The translations under genes and the position numbers were made by a program. Under the pieces are notes generated by a model. That model did no database searches. It had not been told where the DNA came from and saw nothing but the letters and a program-made list of their open reading frames with translations. A stretch of 64,000 bases of DNA from an uncultured Holophaga sp. Its GTDB lineage: Bacteria; Acidobacteriota; Holophagae; Holophagales; Holophagaceae. Below are positions 29,680 to 38,766 of the stretch, one piece after another (the first letter of the stretch is position 1; each line of letters begins with the position of its first letter). The DNA is taken from assembly GCA_963664825.1 (NCBI GenBank), contig OY761614.1, positions 1,440,001 through 1,504,000 of the forward strand, in the 5' to 3' direction.

Positions 29680-31131
29680 TCAGACTCTCACTTCAGCTGC
29701 TTCCGCGGCCCGGTGCCCCTTCAGCGCCGAGGCCACCTCTCGGGCGAGGAAGGCCTTCACCTGCTCCTCCGCGCGCCCGGTGAAGCGCCGGGCGTCCAGC
29801 ATCGCCTTCAGCTCGGCCTCATCCATCTTCCAGACGGGATCCACCGCCAAGAGTGCGAGCAGCTCGTTGCCCTTGCCTTCCTGCTTGATGCGCCGCCCGG
29901 CCTCCAGGGAGGCCCTGCGGAAGCTCTCGTGGAGGTCCTGACGATCCCCTCCGCGCTTCACGCCCTCCATCAGCAGCACCTCGGCGGCCATGAAGGGCAG
30001 CTCCTGGGCGAGGCGGGCTTCGATCATCCGCGGGTTCACCATCAGCCCCGAGGCCACGTTCCGGTAGAGCACCAGGATGGCATCCACCGCCAGCAGTCCC
30101 TGGGAGATGGTCAGGCGGCGGTGGGCGCTGTCATCGAGCGTGCGCTCCATCCACTGGGTGGCCGTGGTCTGGTAGGTGGAGGGCATCAGGCCCAGGACGA
30201 AGCGGGCCAGGGAATTGACACGCTCGCTGCGCATGGGATTGCGCTTGTAGGGCATGGCGGAGGAACCGACTTGACTGGCCTCGAAGGGCTCTTCCACTTC
30301 TTTCAGGTGCTGGAGCAGCCGCAGATCACAGGCAAATTTGCTGGCGCTGGCCGCGATGCCACAGAGCACCTGGCCGATGCGGTCCTCCAGTTTGCGCGTG
30401 GCCGTTTGCCCCGACACGGGAATGGCGGGAAAACCCACCTTCTCGCAAAAACACTGCTCAAGGGCATCCACCTTGGAACCGTCCCCCTCGAAGAGTTCCA
30501 GGAAGGAGGCCTGTGTGCCCGTTGTGCCCTTGACGCCCCTCACGGGTGTGGTGGCGATGACATGATCCAGATCCTCCAAATCCAGCAGCAGATCCTGGAT
30601 CCAGAGACAGGCGCGCTTGCCCACGGTGGTGGGCTGAGCGGGCTGGAAGTGGGTGAACCCCAGGGTCGGCTGATCCTTCCAGTCCTCCGCGAAACGTCCC
30701 AGGGCCGCGATCACATCCTGCAGGCGGCGGCGCAGCAGTTGAAGCGCCTCCTGGCAGATGAGCAGGTCGCCGTTATCGGTGACGAAGCAACTGGTGGCCC
30801 CCAGATGGATGATGGGCCGCGCGGCTGGGGCCTGTTCCCCCCAGGCATGGATGGCGGCCATCACGTCGTGGCGCAATTCGGCCTCGAAACGGGCGATGGC
30901 CCCCAGATCCACATCGTCCTGGGTGGCGCGCATCTCGGCGAGCTGAGCCTCGCTGATGGGCAGGCCCAGCTCCGCTTCGCTCTCGGCCAGGGCAACCCAG
31001 AGCCGCCGCCATAGGCGCATGCGGTACATGGGAGACAAGAGCCGCACCATGGCCTTAGAGGCATAGCGGCTCGATAGGGGATGCTCGAAATGTTCGAGTT
31101 CGGGCAGGTCGGAGGGAGGGAGGAAGGGCAT
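29680..31131 (-). CDS. purB: Adenylosuccinate lyase
   Basis: PLSSRYAS, RHDVMA, IHLGATSC, GFTHFQPAQ, GSSAMPYKRNP, ERTLDDSA. Confidence 0.95.
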   Translation of the reverse strand: MPFLPPSDLPELEHFEHPLSSRYASKAMVRLLSPMYRMRLWRRLWVALAESEAELGLPISEAQLAEMRATQDDVDLGAIARFEAELRHDVMAAIHAWGEQAPAARPIIHLGATSCFVTDNGDLLICQEALQLLRRRLQDVIAALGRFAEDWKDQPTLGFTHFQPAQPTTVGKRACLWIQDLLLDLEDLDHVIATTPVRGVKGTTGTQASFLELFEGDGSKVDALEQCFCEKVGFPAIPVSGQTATRKLEDRIGQVLCGIAASASKFACDLRLLQHLKEVEEPFEASQVGSSAMPYKRNPMRSERVNSLARFVLGLMPSTYQTTATQWMERTLDDSAHRRLTISQGLLAVDAILVLYRNVASGLMVNPRMIEARLAQELPFMAAEVLLMEGVKRGGDRQDLHESFRRASLEAGRRIKQEGKGNELLALLAVDPVWKMDEAELKAMLDARRFTGRAEEQVKAFLAREVASALKGHRAAEAAEVRV

Positions 31132-31194
31132 GGCTGGGCTCCACTCCCAGTTTCGCACAGGCGGAAGTGTGACCGAAGGACGCGGCTTTGAGGA

Positions 31195-31210
31195 TGTTCC
31201 ACATGGAACA
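31195..31210. other. parS site (ParB-binding centromere)
   Basis: TGTTCCACATGGAACA, one change from the palindrome TGTTCCACGTGGAACA, in the purB/glyA divergent gap. Confidence 0.8.
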
Positions 31211-31251
31211 TGGGGCTGCCTTCTGAGAAAATGAATCCTCGAGGTGAAACC

Positions 31252-32490
31252 ATGTATGAAGCCCTGAAACAGTGTGACCCCAGCATATTCCAGGCGCTGG
31301 ACCTGGAACTCCAGCGACAGCGACATCATCTGGAGCTGATCGCCTCCGAGAACTATGCTTCCACGGCCGTCCTGCAGGCCATGGGCAGCCACTTCACCAA
31401 TAAATACGCCGAGGGTTATCCCGGTCGCCGCTACTACGGCGGCTGCATCAACGTCGACACGGTGGAGAACATCGCCCGGGATCGCGCCAAGCAGCTCTTC
31501 GGCGCCGATCATGCCAATGTCCAGCCCCACAGCGGCGCCCAGGCCAACATGAGCGTCTACCTCTCCGCGCTGAAGCCCGGCGACACGGTGCTGGGCATGG
31601 ATCTGGCCCACGGCGGCCACCTTACCCATGGCCATCCCCTCAACAGCAGCGGCATCCTCTACAAGTTCATCGGCTACCAGGTCCGCAAGGACACGGAACG
31701 CGTGGACATGGACCAGGTGCGCTCCCTGGCGCGCGAGCACAAGCCCAAGATGATCGTGGTGGGCGCCTCGGCCTATTCCCGAACCTTCGATTTCCCAGCC
31801 TTCCGAGCCATCTGTGACGAAGTAGGGGCCCTCATGATGGTCGATATGGCCCACATCGCGGGCCTCGTGGCCACGGGCAATCACCCGAGCCCGGTGCCCT
31901 TCGCCGATTTCGTGACCACGACCACCCACAAGACCCTGCGCGGCCCTCGGGGCGGACTGATCCTCTGCAAGGAACAGTATGCGAAAAGCCTGGATCGCGC
32001 TGTCTTCCCCGGCATCCAGGGTGGCCCCTTGATGCATGTCATCGCCGCCAAGGCCGTGGCCTTCGGCGAAGCCCTCAGGCCCGAATTTAAGACCTACCAG
32101 CAGCAGGTGGTCAAGAACGCCAAGGTGCTGGCCGATTCCCTGGCCGCCAAGGGCTGGCGCATCGTCAGCGGCGGCACAGACAACCACCTGATGCTGCTGG
32201 ATGTCTTCCAGCAGGGCATCCTCGGCAGCGAAGCCGAGAAGGCTCTCGATATCGCCGGGATCACCGCCAACAAGAACGGCATCCCCTTCGACCCCAACCC
32301 GCCCCTCAAGCCCAGCGGCATCCGCCTCGGCAGCCCCGCCGTCACCACCCGCGGCATGAAGGAAGCCGAGATGGTCCTGATCGCCAACTGGATCGATCAG
32401 ACCCTCCGGAACCGCGCCGACGAGGCCGCCCTCAAGGGCATCTACAACGATGTGGTCGCCCTCACCGCCAAGTACCCCATTCCCGAGTAG
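31252..32490 (+). CDS. glyA: Serine hydroxymethyltransferase
   Basis: [43 protein letters not shown]. Confidence 0.97.
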   Translation: MYEALKQCDPSIFQALDLELQRQRHHLELIASENYASTAVLQAMGSHFTNKYAEGYPGRRYYGGCINVDTVENIARDRAKQLFGADHANVQPHSGAQANMSVYLSALKPGDTVLGMDLAHGGHLTHGHPLNSSGILYKFIGYQVRKDTERVDMDQVRSLAREHKPKMIVVGASAYSRTFDFPAFRAICDEVGALMMVDMAHIAGLVATGNHPSPVPFADFVTTTTHKTLRGPRGGLILCKEQYAKSLDRAVFPGIQGGPLMHVIAAKAVAFGEALRPEFKTYQQQVVKNAKVLADSLAAKGWRIVSGGTDNHLMLLDVFQQGILGSEAEKALDIAGITANKNGIPFDPNPPLKPSGIRLGSPAVTTRGMKEAEMVLIANWIDQTLRNRADEAALKGIYNDVVALTAKYPIPE

Positions 32491-32508
32491 GCAGCTCACT
32501 TCTCATTT

Positions 32509-32537
32509 AGAGGGCCCGGACAACATCCGGGCCCTCT
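32509..32537. terminator. Hairpin after glyA, probable terminator
   Basis: AGAGGGCCCGGA-caaca-TCCGGGCCCTCT perfect 12-bp stem with a weak U tail. Confidence 0.6.
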
Positions 32538-32617
32538 GCGTTCAAGAGGAACGGCCCCAACCCTCGAAAACCAAGTGTAGGTTCCCGGAAATACGTGGAC
32601 CATTCTGTGCGGCGCGA

Positions 32618-32803
32618 GCACGGGCCGAGGCCCTAGGGAAGGCATTGGAGGAGGGGAACGGAGACTTCCTGCAGCGGGTGAATCACCGGAACGGCTACAG
32701 GGAGCCGGATTTCGAGACGCATCTGGGGACCCTGGACCTAGCGATCCCGAAGTTGCGGAAGGGCAGCGACTTCCCGTGTTTCCTCGAGCCGCGTCCGCGC
32801 TGG
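32618..32803 (+). pseudogene. IS256-family transposase remnant (N-terminal fragment)
   Basis: Translates to GDFL..NHRNGYREPDFETHLGTLDLAIPKLRKGSDFPCFLEPR, the IS256 RNGYR..T..G.L.L.IPKLR.GS.FP.FLEPR signature. No start codon and no DDE domain. Confidence 0.85.
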
Positions 32804-32918
32804 GTGATACCCGCCAAAACAAGAGCTTCAAAAATATTTAATACATTTTAGAGATGGCCCTTGTGCTTTCGTGTGTGGGGGGGGTAGCATAGGCTGGATT
32901 CTTTAAAAGGTATAATAA

Positions 32919-33224
32919 ATGAATAAAATAACCAAAATCCTCATCGGGATCGCCATCCTCGGGGCACTTGGCGCCTATGCCCTCAAGGCTAGTTGTGAGG
33001 GATGTCCTGGAGGCTGCCCAATACACTCGGGGACATACTTGACGGACTGCATTACCGACATTGATCCACAAACCGGAAAGCTCAAGAGCGCAAAATGCAC
33101 CTATTCCTGTGGGTGTATCTTCACTAACAATGGCGGGAAACCCACTTCTGGTGCCGGGAAAACCAAGGTGGGTCCTGAAGAACCATCTGTTGCTCCTCCC
33201 CCTAAAGAGCAAACACAACAGTGA
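32919..33224 (+). CDS. Small secreted cysteine-rich protein
   Basis: Signal peptide MNKITKILIGIAILGALGAYALKA, 7 Cys in the mature part, RBS AAGG, lower-GC DNA. Confidence 0.7.
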   Translation: MNKITKILIGIAILGALGAYALKASCEGCPGGCPIHSGTYLTDCITDIDPQTGKLKSAKCTYSCGCIFTNNGGKPTSGAGKTKVGPEEPSVAPPPKEQTQQ

Positions 33225-33236
33225 GGATTAATCAAA

Positions 33237-34361
33237 ATGTCCATCATTTACCCAATAATTATCAGCCTTGGACTATCTTTCTCTCCCTCCCTAAAACAAC
33301 CTCCTGTGTCGCAAGATCAATCTCCTTCGCGTATATTTGTCCACACGCGAGGCGGTCAGGAAGAACCCAACCAGGAGGGTTGGAGGGAGGACGGCACCAC
33401 CTATTACCGAGATATCCAGCAGAACAGACTCTACAAAATTGGACCTGAAGGCCTGGAGGTACAGGCCGCTAATTCACCAACATTACCCTTTTACATGAAG
33501 GGAATTGTCAAGTATCGCAAAGGTGCGTGGTGGTCTCTGGTTTGCGATCCAGGCTTGCGCCCCCCTGAGGATAAGAATTCATCCATTTATCGCTTTGACA
33601 GCGTCCAGAAGAAGTGGACCCTTGTCCACACTCTGGAGCTTCACGCTTCCAACTTTGAACCACTATCAGAGGACCGCATTTTCCTCGCCGGAGTTCATTC
33701 CAATGATCCAGACCGGTATTCCCTGGCGGCGATTCTCTCCTCGTCCGGTTCCATCAGCGTTCTGGAGGAGATCCCATTCCAGGATTTCAGCAACCTGTTC
33801 TGGGAGAGTTCGATTACGGCCATTGATGAGCAGATGGTGTACTTCTATTTCCCCTATCCGGGCCGTATCTATGGCTACGATCTGATCGATAATGCGCTTC
33901 GCACATTCAAGGTCCCCTGGCCCCTGATCTCCTCAGAATCCATCAAGAAGGACATGGCTGCCGCCGCCGGGAAGGATTGTTTCATCTCGGCCATCGGCCA
34001 TCCGGGAACGGCCCATTGCTACTTCGTTCCCGTGAACCCCGGACAAATGCTCTTTGCCTACAAGATCCTGGACAGGGAGCAAGAAGAGGCCCTGGCCGAT
34101 TCCGAGGGAAGGCGTATCGTCGTCGAAAAGGTATCGTCTTTCTTGTTGTATTCATTTGACCCAAACAACCCCATGGAATGGGACACACCCTCCCGGATGC
34201 TGCTCGACCGCTGGTGTTGGAGCCCGGTCGGTTCGAAACTGGTCCGATGGGTAGACTTCATGGCACCCAAGAAACCGATCCAGGCCCCGAAGGCTCAGGA
34301 GAAAACGGAGCCCCCCCAAAGCAGACGAACCCAGAGAGCCCTACACGACCTTGATCGGTGA
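33237..34361 (+). CDS. Hypothetical exported protein, possibly a beta-propeller
   Basis: Hydrophobic N-terminus, repeated short beta blades (RLYKIG, SIYRFD, RIYGYD), RBS GAGGA, 12 nt after the Cys-rich gene. Confidence 0.7.
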   Translation: MSIIYPIIISLGLSFSPSLKQPPVSQDQSPSRIFVHTRGGQEEPNQEGWREDGTTYYRDIQQNRLYKIGPEGLEVQAANSPTLPFYMKGIVKYRKGAWWSLVCDPGLRPPEDKNSSIYRFDSVQKKWTLVHTLELHASNFEPLSEDRIFLAGVHSNDPDRYSLAAILSSSGSISVLEEIPFQDFSNLFWESSITAIDEQMVYFYFPYPGRIYGYDLIDNALRTFKVPWPLISSESIKKDMAAAAGKDCFISAIGHPGTAHCYFVPVNPGQMLFAYKILDREQEEALADSEGRRIVVEKVSSFLLYSFDPNNPMEWDTPSRMLLDRWCWSPVGSKLVRWVDFMAPKKPIQAPKAQEKTEPPQSRRTQRALHDLDR

Positions 34362-34373
34362 TTCCCCGCAAAC

Positions 34374-34401
34374 AAAAGGGCCGCATGGGAGCGGCCCTTT
34401 T
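34374..34401. terminator. Bidirectional intrinsic terminator
   Basis: AAAAGGGCCGC-atggga-GCGGCCCTTTT between convergent genes. Confidence 0.85.
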
Positions 34402-34418
34402 TCATCGAGAACCTGGTC

Positions 34419-35408
34419 CTACCACCCCAGCAGGTACGCGAAGATCAGGGGCGCGCAGATGGTGGCGTCGCTTTCCACAATGAAGGTGGGTGTGCCCACG
34501 GCCAGCTTGCCCCAGGTGATCTTCTCGTTGGGCACGGCGCCGGAGTAGGAGCCGTAGCTTGTAGTGGAGTCACTGATCTGGCAGAAGTAGCCCCAGAGAG
34601 GGATGCCCGTGCGCTCCAGGTCCTGGTGGAGCATGGGCACCACGCAGATGGGGAAGTCACCGGAGATGCCGCCGCCGATCTGGAACATGCCCAGGGGCGC
34701 GGCCTTCGTGACCTTCGTGTAGTGCTCCGCCAGCCAGGTCATGTACTCGATGCCTGTGCGCACGGTGTGGACGTTCTTCACGTCTCCCCGAATGACGGCG
34801 GCAGCAAACATGTTGCCGAGGGTGCTGTCCTCCCAACCGGGCACGACGATGGGCACATGCTTCTCGAGGGCCGCCAGCATCCAGGAATTTTTGGGGTCGA
34901 TCTGGAAGTGAGGCTCCAGCACCTTGGATTTGAGCAGCTTCTGGAGGAATTCGTGGGGGAAGTAGCGCTCGCCCTTCTGGTCGGCGTCCATCCATTCCCG
35001 GAGAATCGCCTTCTCGATCCGGCGCATGGCCTCCATCTCGGGGATGCAGGTGTCGGTGACGCGGTTCATGTGACGGTCCAGCAGCGCCTTCTCGGCCTCG
35101 GGCGTGAGATCCCGGTAACCAGGCACGCGCTCATAGAAATCGTGGGCCACCAGATTAAAGATGTCCTCCTCCAGGTTGGCGCCGGTGCAGGTGATGAGGT
35201 GGATCTTGTCCTGGCGAATCATCTCGGCCAGCGATAGCCCCATCTCCGCGGTGCTCATGGCTCCACCGAGGCTGATCATGATGTGGCCCCCCTGCTCCAG
35301 GAAGACCCGGTAGCCCTCAGCGGCGTCGATTAGGGCCGCGGCGTTGAAGTGCCGGAAATGGTGCTTGATGAAGCTGCCGACGGGACCGAAGGAAGGGGAT
35401 TTGGACAT
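34419..35408 (-). CDS. Deoxyhypusine synthase-like protein (bacterial homospermidine synthase type)
   Basis: HFRHFNAA, TGANLEED, IGGG, GSYSGAVPNEKITWGK, ESDATI. Confidence 0.9.
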   Translation of the reverse strand: MSKSPSFGPVGSFIKHHFRHFNAAALIDAAEGYRVFLEQGGHIMISLGGAMSTAEMGLSLAEMIRQDKIHLITCTGANLEEDIFNLVAHDFYERVPGYRDLTPEAEKALLDRHMNRVTDTCIPEMEAMRRIEKAILREWMDADQKGERYFPHEFLQKLLKSKVLEPHFQIDPKNSWMLAALEKHVPIVVPGWEDSTLGNMFAAAVIRGDVKNVHTVRTGIEYMTWLAEHYTKVTKAAPLGMFQIGGGISGDFPICVVPMLHQDLERTGIPLWGYFCQISDSTTSYGSYSGAVPNEKITWGKLAVGTPTFIVESDATICAPLIFAYLLGW

Positions 35409-35432
35409 GGGAACCTCGCTTAAGAAAACTGA

Positions 35433-35458
35433 TTTCACCACAGAGGCACAGAGAACAC
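35433..35458. repeat. Half copy of an intergenic CACCACAGAGGCACAGAG-type repeat
   Basis: TTTCACCACAGAGGCACAGAGAACAC, with internal CACAGAG repeats. Resembles the arm of the element at 41431. Confidence 0.5.
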
Positions 35459-35463
35459 GTTTG

Positions 35464-37923
35464 TCAGTCCACGGTGATGGATTTGGAGACGTTCTTGGGA
35501 GCGTCCGGGTGCACGCCGTGATCGATCACAGGAAGGCGATCCAGATATTCCATTTTGAGGACCGACATGCGGAAGGCCAAGCGCTGAAGCGCCACGGAGG
35601 CGGCAAAAACAAAGAGATTGGGATCCCCTGAGGTGGGGATCTCCAGGTACTTGGACCAGTATTTGTCCTGGCCCGTGGGTCTGCCGCTAGCGGCCATGGC
35701 CAGTTCGGGGTTCTTCTCGGCCACCAGGATGATATCGGCCCCCCGGATCTTATGGGTGTGGATCTGGCTGATGGTGATGCGCACATCCCGCTCTTCATTG
35801 GGACAGACGAAGATCAGCGGGTAATTGGAGAAGCGGGTCTCCACCAACTGAGGCCAGGCCTTCAGTGATTCCAGACCCCCGGCGAAGGGGCGTCCATCCC
35901 TCTCGGATTCATAGGCTTCCAGCAGCCCCGCCAGATCATGGATGGAAAAGAGGGTGTTCTTGCCGAGGATCGTGTTGGGACCATGCTTGAACTCCGCGGC
36001 GTCATAGCCCTCGGCGTGGTTCAGCACCACCTCCCGGATCTTGAGGGCCCCTTCCCGGGCCAGGCCGATGAGCCCCGTGCCCAGGATATGGAGGCTGGGC
36101 TCCAGATGCAGGCGCCTCGCGGCTTCCTCGATGCCGGGCTCACACTGCTCCAGGGTCTCTGCGATGAGCGCCTTGGCCCGGCTGAGCTTCTCGACGATCT
36201 TCCGATCGGTGAGGGAGAAGGAAGCGGCCAGCACGTACAGGATGGCCACCTGGTTGAGGAAGCTCTTGGTGGCGGCCACGGCGATCTCGGGTCCACAGAG
36301 GATGGGTAGATAGAATTCCGTCAGTTCCTGGGGTATGCGGCTGTTCTCGTTATTCACCAGCGCCACCCGCCGCAGCCCAGGCACCCGGGCTCGCACATCC
36401 TGGAAGATATCCACCAGATCCTTGGTCTCACCACTCTGGGTGATGCCGATGAGGAGGTCCCGGGCGCTGAGGGTGTTCATGTACATCGAACGGAACAGGC
36501 CCGGATTACAGGGGAATACCGCGACACCCGCCAGGTTATTGAAGAAGTAGCCCGCCGTGAGCGCCGCGTGGTATGAGGTCCCCGAGGCCACCATGAAGAC
36601 CCGCCCGCCATCTTTTTGGGCCTCTCGAATGGCCTGCACCAGTTCCTGGAGATGGCGGCTCACGCGGCGGCGTTTCTTCCAGACAAATACTTGATCGAAG
36701 AGGGCCAGGGCCTCCCAGGCCTGGGGGTCCAAGCGCGCCAAGTCCAGCAGCAGGACCCGCTCATCGGAGACGGGTTTCCCCCGGTGGGCCTTGAATACTT
36801 CGGCATGGGGCTGGACCCGGGTGGCCAGTTCTCGGTGGACGGGATCGGCCAACAGATCGGCCAAGGCCCCTCTCAAAGCGGCCTCATCAGGGGCCTGGTA
36901 GAGGGCCAAGACCTTGTCCAATAGAGTCTTGCAAAGATCCTTCCGGTCCTCGAAGGCCGCGAAGAGGCCAGCGGCCTGGGGGTCCTGGAAGTAGTAGCGG
37001 ATGATCTCTTCCAGGTTGTCCGGAGAGGAGGCGATCTCCTGCTCCATGAAATACTGGAAGGGCGGTCTGAGGCCCGTGTCTCGCACATTGAGCTTGGAGC
37101 GCTTGGGTTTGGGCTTCGAGAAGGTGAGTTCCTGACCCATGGAAAAGACGATGTATTCGCGCTCCGTGAACCAGAGTCCCTCGCCCTCCAGGAGCGGGAT
37201 GAGCATGCGGGTCTTGGAGAGCACCGAGGTCAGGTCGCTGGAGACCACCACGAATTCCCCGCAGGCGTCACTGCCGATTCCCGCATAGAGCGAGGATCCG
37301 GATTTCACTGCCACCACGCCGGGCACGTTCGGGTCCGCGAAGGCGGCCGCATAGGAACCTTGAGCCTTGGCATCGGCCTTCCGGGCGCCATCGATGAGCA
37401 GGAAGACGCCATCGGGAAGGAATTCCGTCCTCCCGGTCGCCGCGTAGGCCTTCCGGGAAGCACTCAGAACGGCCGCGGGATTGGCTAGATTCTCCGCGTA
37501 GTAGTGCTCCGCGAGATGGGTGATCATCTCGCCGTCATTATCGGAGACGACCCGGTGCCCCTGGGCCGTGAGGTAGGGTTTGAGGGTGTCGGTGTTGGAG
37601 ATATTGCCGTTGTGGGCCCCGACGAATTCCAGTTTGCAGGCCACATGGTGGGGCTGGCTGTTCACATCGGTCACGGCACCATAGGTGGCCCAGCGCACCT
37701 GGCCGATGAAGCGCTGTCCCGCCTGCTGGTCGATGCCCAGGGCAGGCACTACGCGACTGGGAGCGCCCACTTGCTTCAGGAGGCGGATCCTCCGGTCCGT
37801 CCCGATGAAGGCCGCCCCTGTGGAATCGTAGCCTCGATATTCGAGGCGCTTCAGCAACTCCCCAGCCTCTCGCCCCAGGGCCGGGTTTTCCTTCGCGTAG
37901 CACAGGGAGACGATTCCACACAT
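35464..37923 (-). CDS. glmS: Glutamine--fructose-6-phosphate aminotransferase (isomerizing), long form
   Basis: MCGI, LEYRGYDS, RWAT, HNG, SGTSYHA, QSGETKD, EIAVAATK, EFKHGP, PKNVSKSITVD. 819 aa. Confidence 0.9.
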   Translation of the reverse strand: MCGIVSLCYAKENPALGREAGELLKRLEYRGYDSTGAAFIGTDRRIRLLKQVGAPSRVVPALGIDQQAGQRFIGQVRWATYGAVTDVNSQPHHVACKLEFVGAHNGNISNTDTLKPYLTAQGHRVVSDNDGEMITHLAEHYYAENLANPAAVLSASRKAYAATGRTEFLPDGVFLLIDGARKADAKAQGSYAAAFADPNVPGVVAVKSGSSLYAGIGSDACGEFVVVSSDLTSVLSKTRMLIPLLEGEGLWFTEREYIVFSMGQELTFSKPKPKRSKLNVRDTGLRPPFQYFMEQEIASSPDNLEEIIRYYFQDPQAAGLFAAFEDRKDLCKTLLDKVLALYQAPDEAALRGALADLLADPVHRELATRVQPHAEVFKAHRGKPVSDERVLLLDLARLDPQAWEALALFDQVFVWKKRRRVSRHLQELVQAIREAQKDGGRVFMVASGTSYHAALTAGYFFNNLAGVAVFPCNPGLFRSMYMNTLSARDLLIGITQSGETKDLVDIFQDVRARVPGLRRVALVNNENSRIPQELTEFYLPILCGPEIAVAATKSFLNQVAILYVLAASFSLTDRKIVEKLSRAKALIAETLEQCEPGIEEAARRLHLEPSLHILGTGLIGLAREGALKIREVVLNHAEGYDAAEFKHGPNTILGKNTLFSIHDLAGLLEAYESERDGRPFAGGLESLKAWPQLVETRFSNYPLIFVCPNEERDVRITISQIHTHKIRGADIILVAEKNPELAMAASGRPTGQDKYWSKYLEIPTSGDPNLFVFAASVALQRLAFRMSVLKMEYLDRLPVIDHGVHPDAPKNVSKSITVD

Positions 37924-37956
37924 TTCAGGAAACTCCTTGGGGACACTTCCCAGAGT

Positions 37957-38763
37957 CTAGAAGCGCATCCGCTGAAACAGCGTAGCCCCAACCAGGGTGA
38001 CCAGGATCGCGGCCAACACCACGAGAAGTAAAAGAGCACCCATGAGAGAAACCCCTGCCCAGAAGCGCCCCCGGGGGCATTCCTCACCCCAAAGCAGGCA
38101 GGCCGGTCCTCCATAGACCAGGCCCGAGAACAGGGCCACTAGCACAAAACCGAAGCATCCGCCGAAGAGCATCCCGCCCGCACAGGCAAGAGCCCATCCG
38201 GCCACCACCCAACCCATCGCCCAGCGACGCATCGCCTGGTAGTTCATCAGGAGAGCCACACCCAGGCCTGTATTCACCAGCATGGGAATGCTCTGGGTGG
38301 GACGATCCCTGCCGAACGCGTACCCCACCATGCCCAGGATACCCCAGAGCAAGAGGAAGGCCCCCGCAATGCGCAACCGGTGAAGGGCTGGGCCCTCATC
38401 CCCTTCCCGTGAAAAGGCGGCCATGCTGGGTTGGGGACAAAAAGCCATGCTCGGCTGGGCCAAGAGGACAGGCTGGGGCCTGGAGGGGTAGGCCCCTAGA
38501 TCCAGGCCTATCCCCGTGGAAGCCCGAGACTCAGGCGCCGGATGTCCCCCATTTTGTGCATGGGGCCGGCTCGGGGAGGGCACCGGGATTCTTAGGATTT
38601 GCGCTAGGGGGCACCAAGCCCCCGCAACCTTCTCTGAACATACCGAATCTTCCAGGCTGAAGATCTTCTGGCTTACGGCAATCCCGAGGCTCGAGAGGGT
38701 CAATCCTGAAAATTCTCGACCCTCTCGAGTGCGAACCGTAAAAGTGTCCTGGAAGCCCTCCAA
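37957..38763 (-). CDS. Membrane protein with a degenerate N-terminal GYF_2-like domain
   Basis: GREFSGLTLSSL..I...D.V....GAWCPLAQI, Pro-rich linker, about 5 C-terminal TMs. 3 nt downstream of gyrA. Confidence 0.55.
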   Translation of the reverse strand: MEGFQDTFTVRTREGREFSGLTLSSLGIAVSQKIFSLEDSVCSEKVAGAWCPLAQILRIPVPSPSRPHAQNGGHPAPESRASTGIGLDLGAYPSRPQPVLLAQPSMAFCPQPSMAAFSREGDEGPALHRLRIAGAFLLLWGILGMVGYAFGRDRPTQSIPMLVNTGLGVALLMNYQAMRRWAMGWVVAGWALACAGGMLFGGCFGFVLVALFSGLVYGGPACLLWGEECPRGRFWAGVSLMGALLLLVVLAAILVTLVGATLFQRMRF

Positions 38764-38766
38764 GAG

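Noticed and set aside
31132..31251. Possible ZMP/ZTP riboswitch before glyA or purB (GGCGGAAGTG present)
   Set aside because: The preceding GACTGG and the 3' CGCCTGGG pseudoknot strand are absent. The obvious palindrome here is a parS.
29680..32499. 939-aa ORF suggesting a giant PurB fusion
   Set aside because: The N-terminal half is the antisense shadow of glyA. PurB homology begins at ATG 31131.
37924..37956. glmS ribozyme
   Set aside because: Only 33 bp separate glmS from the upstream gene, and no core motif is visible.
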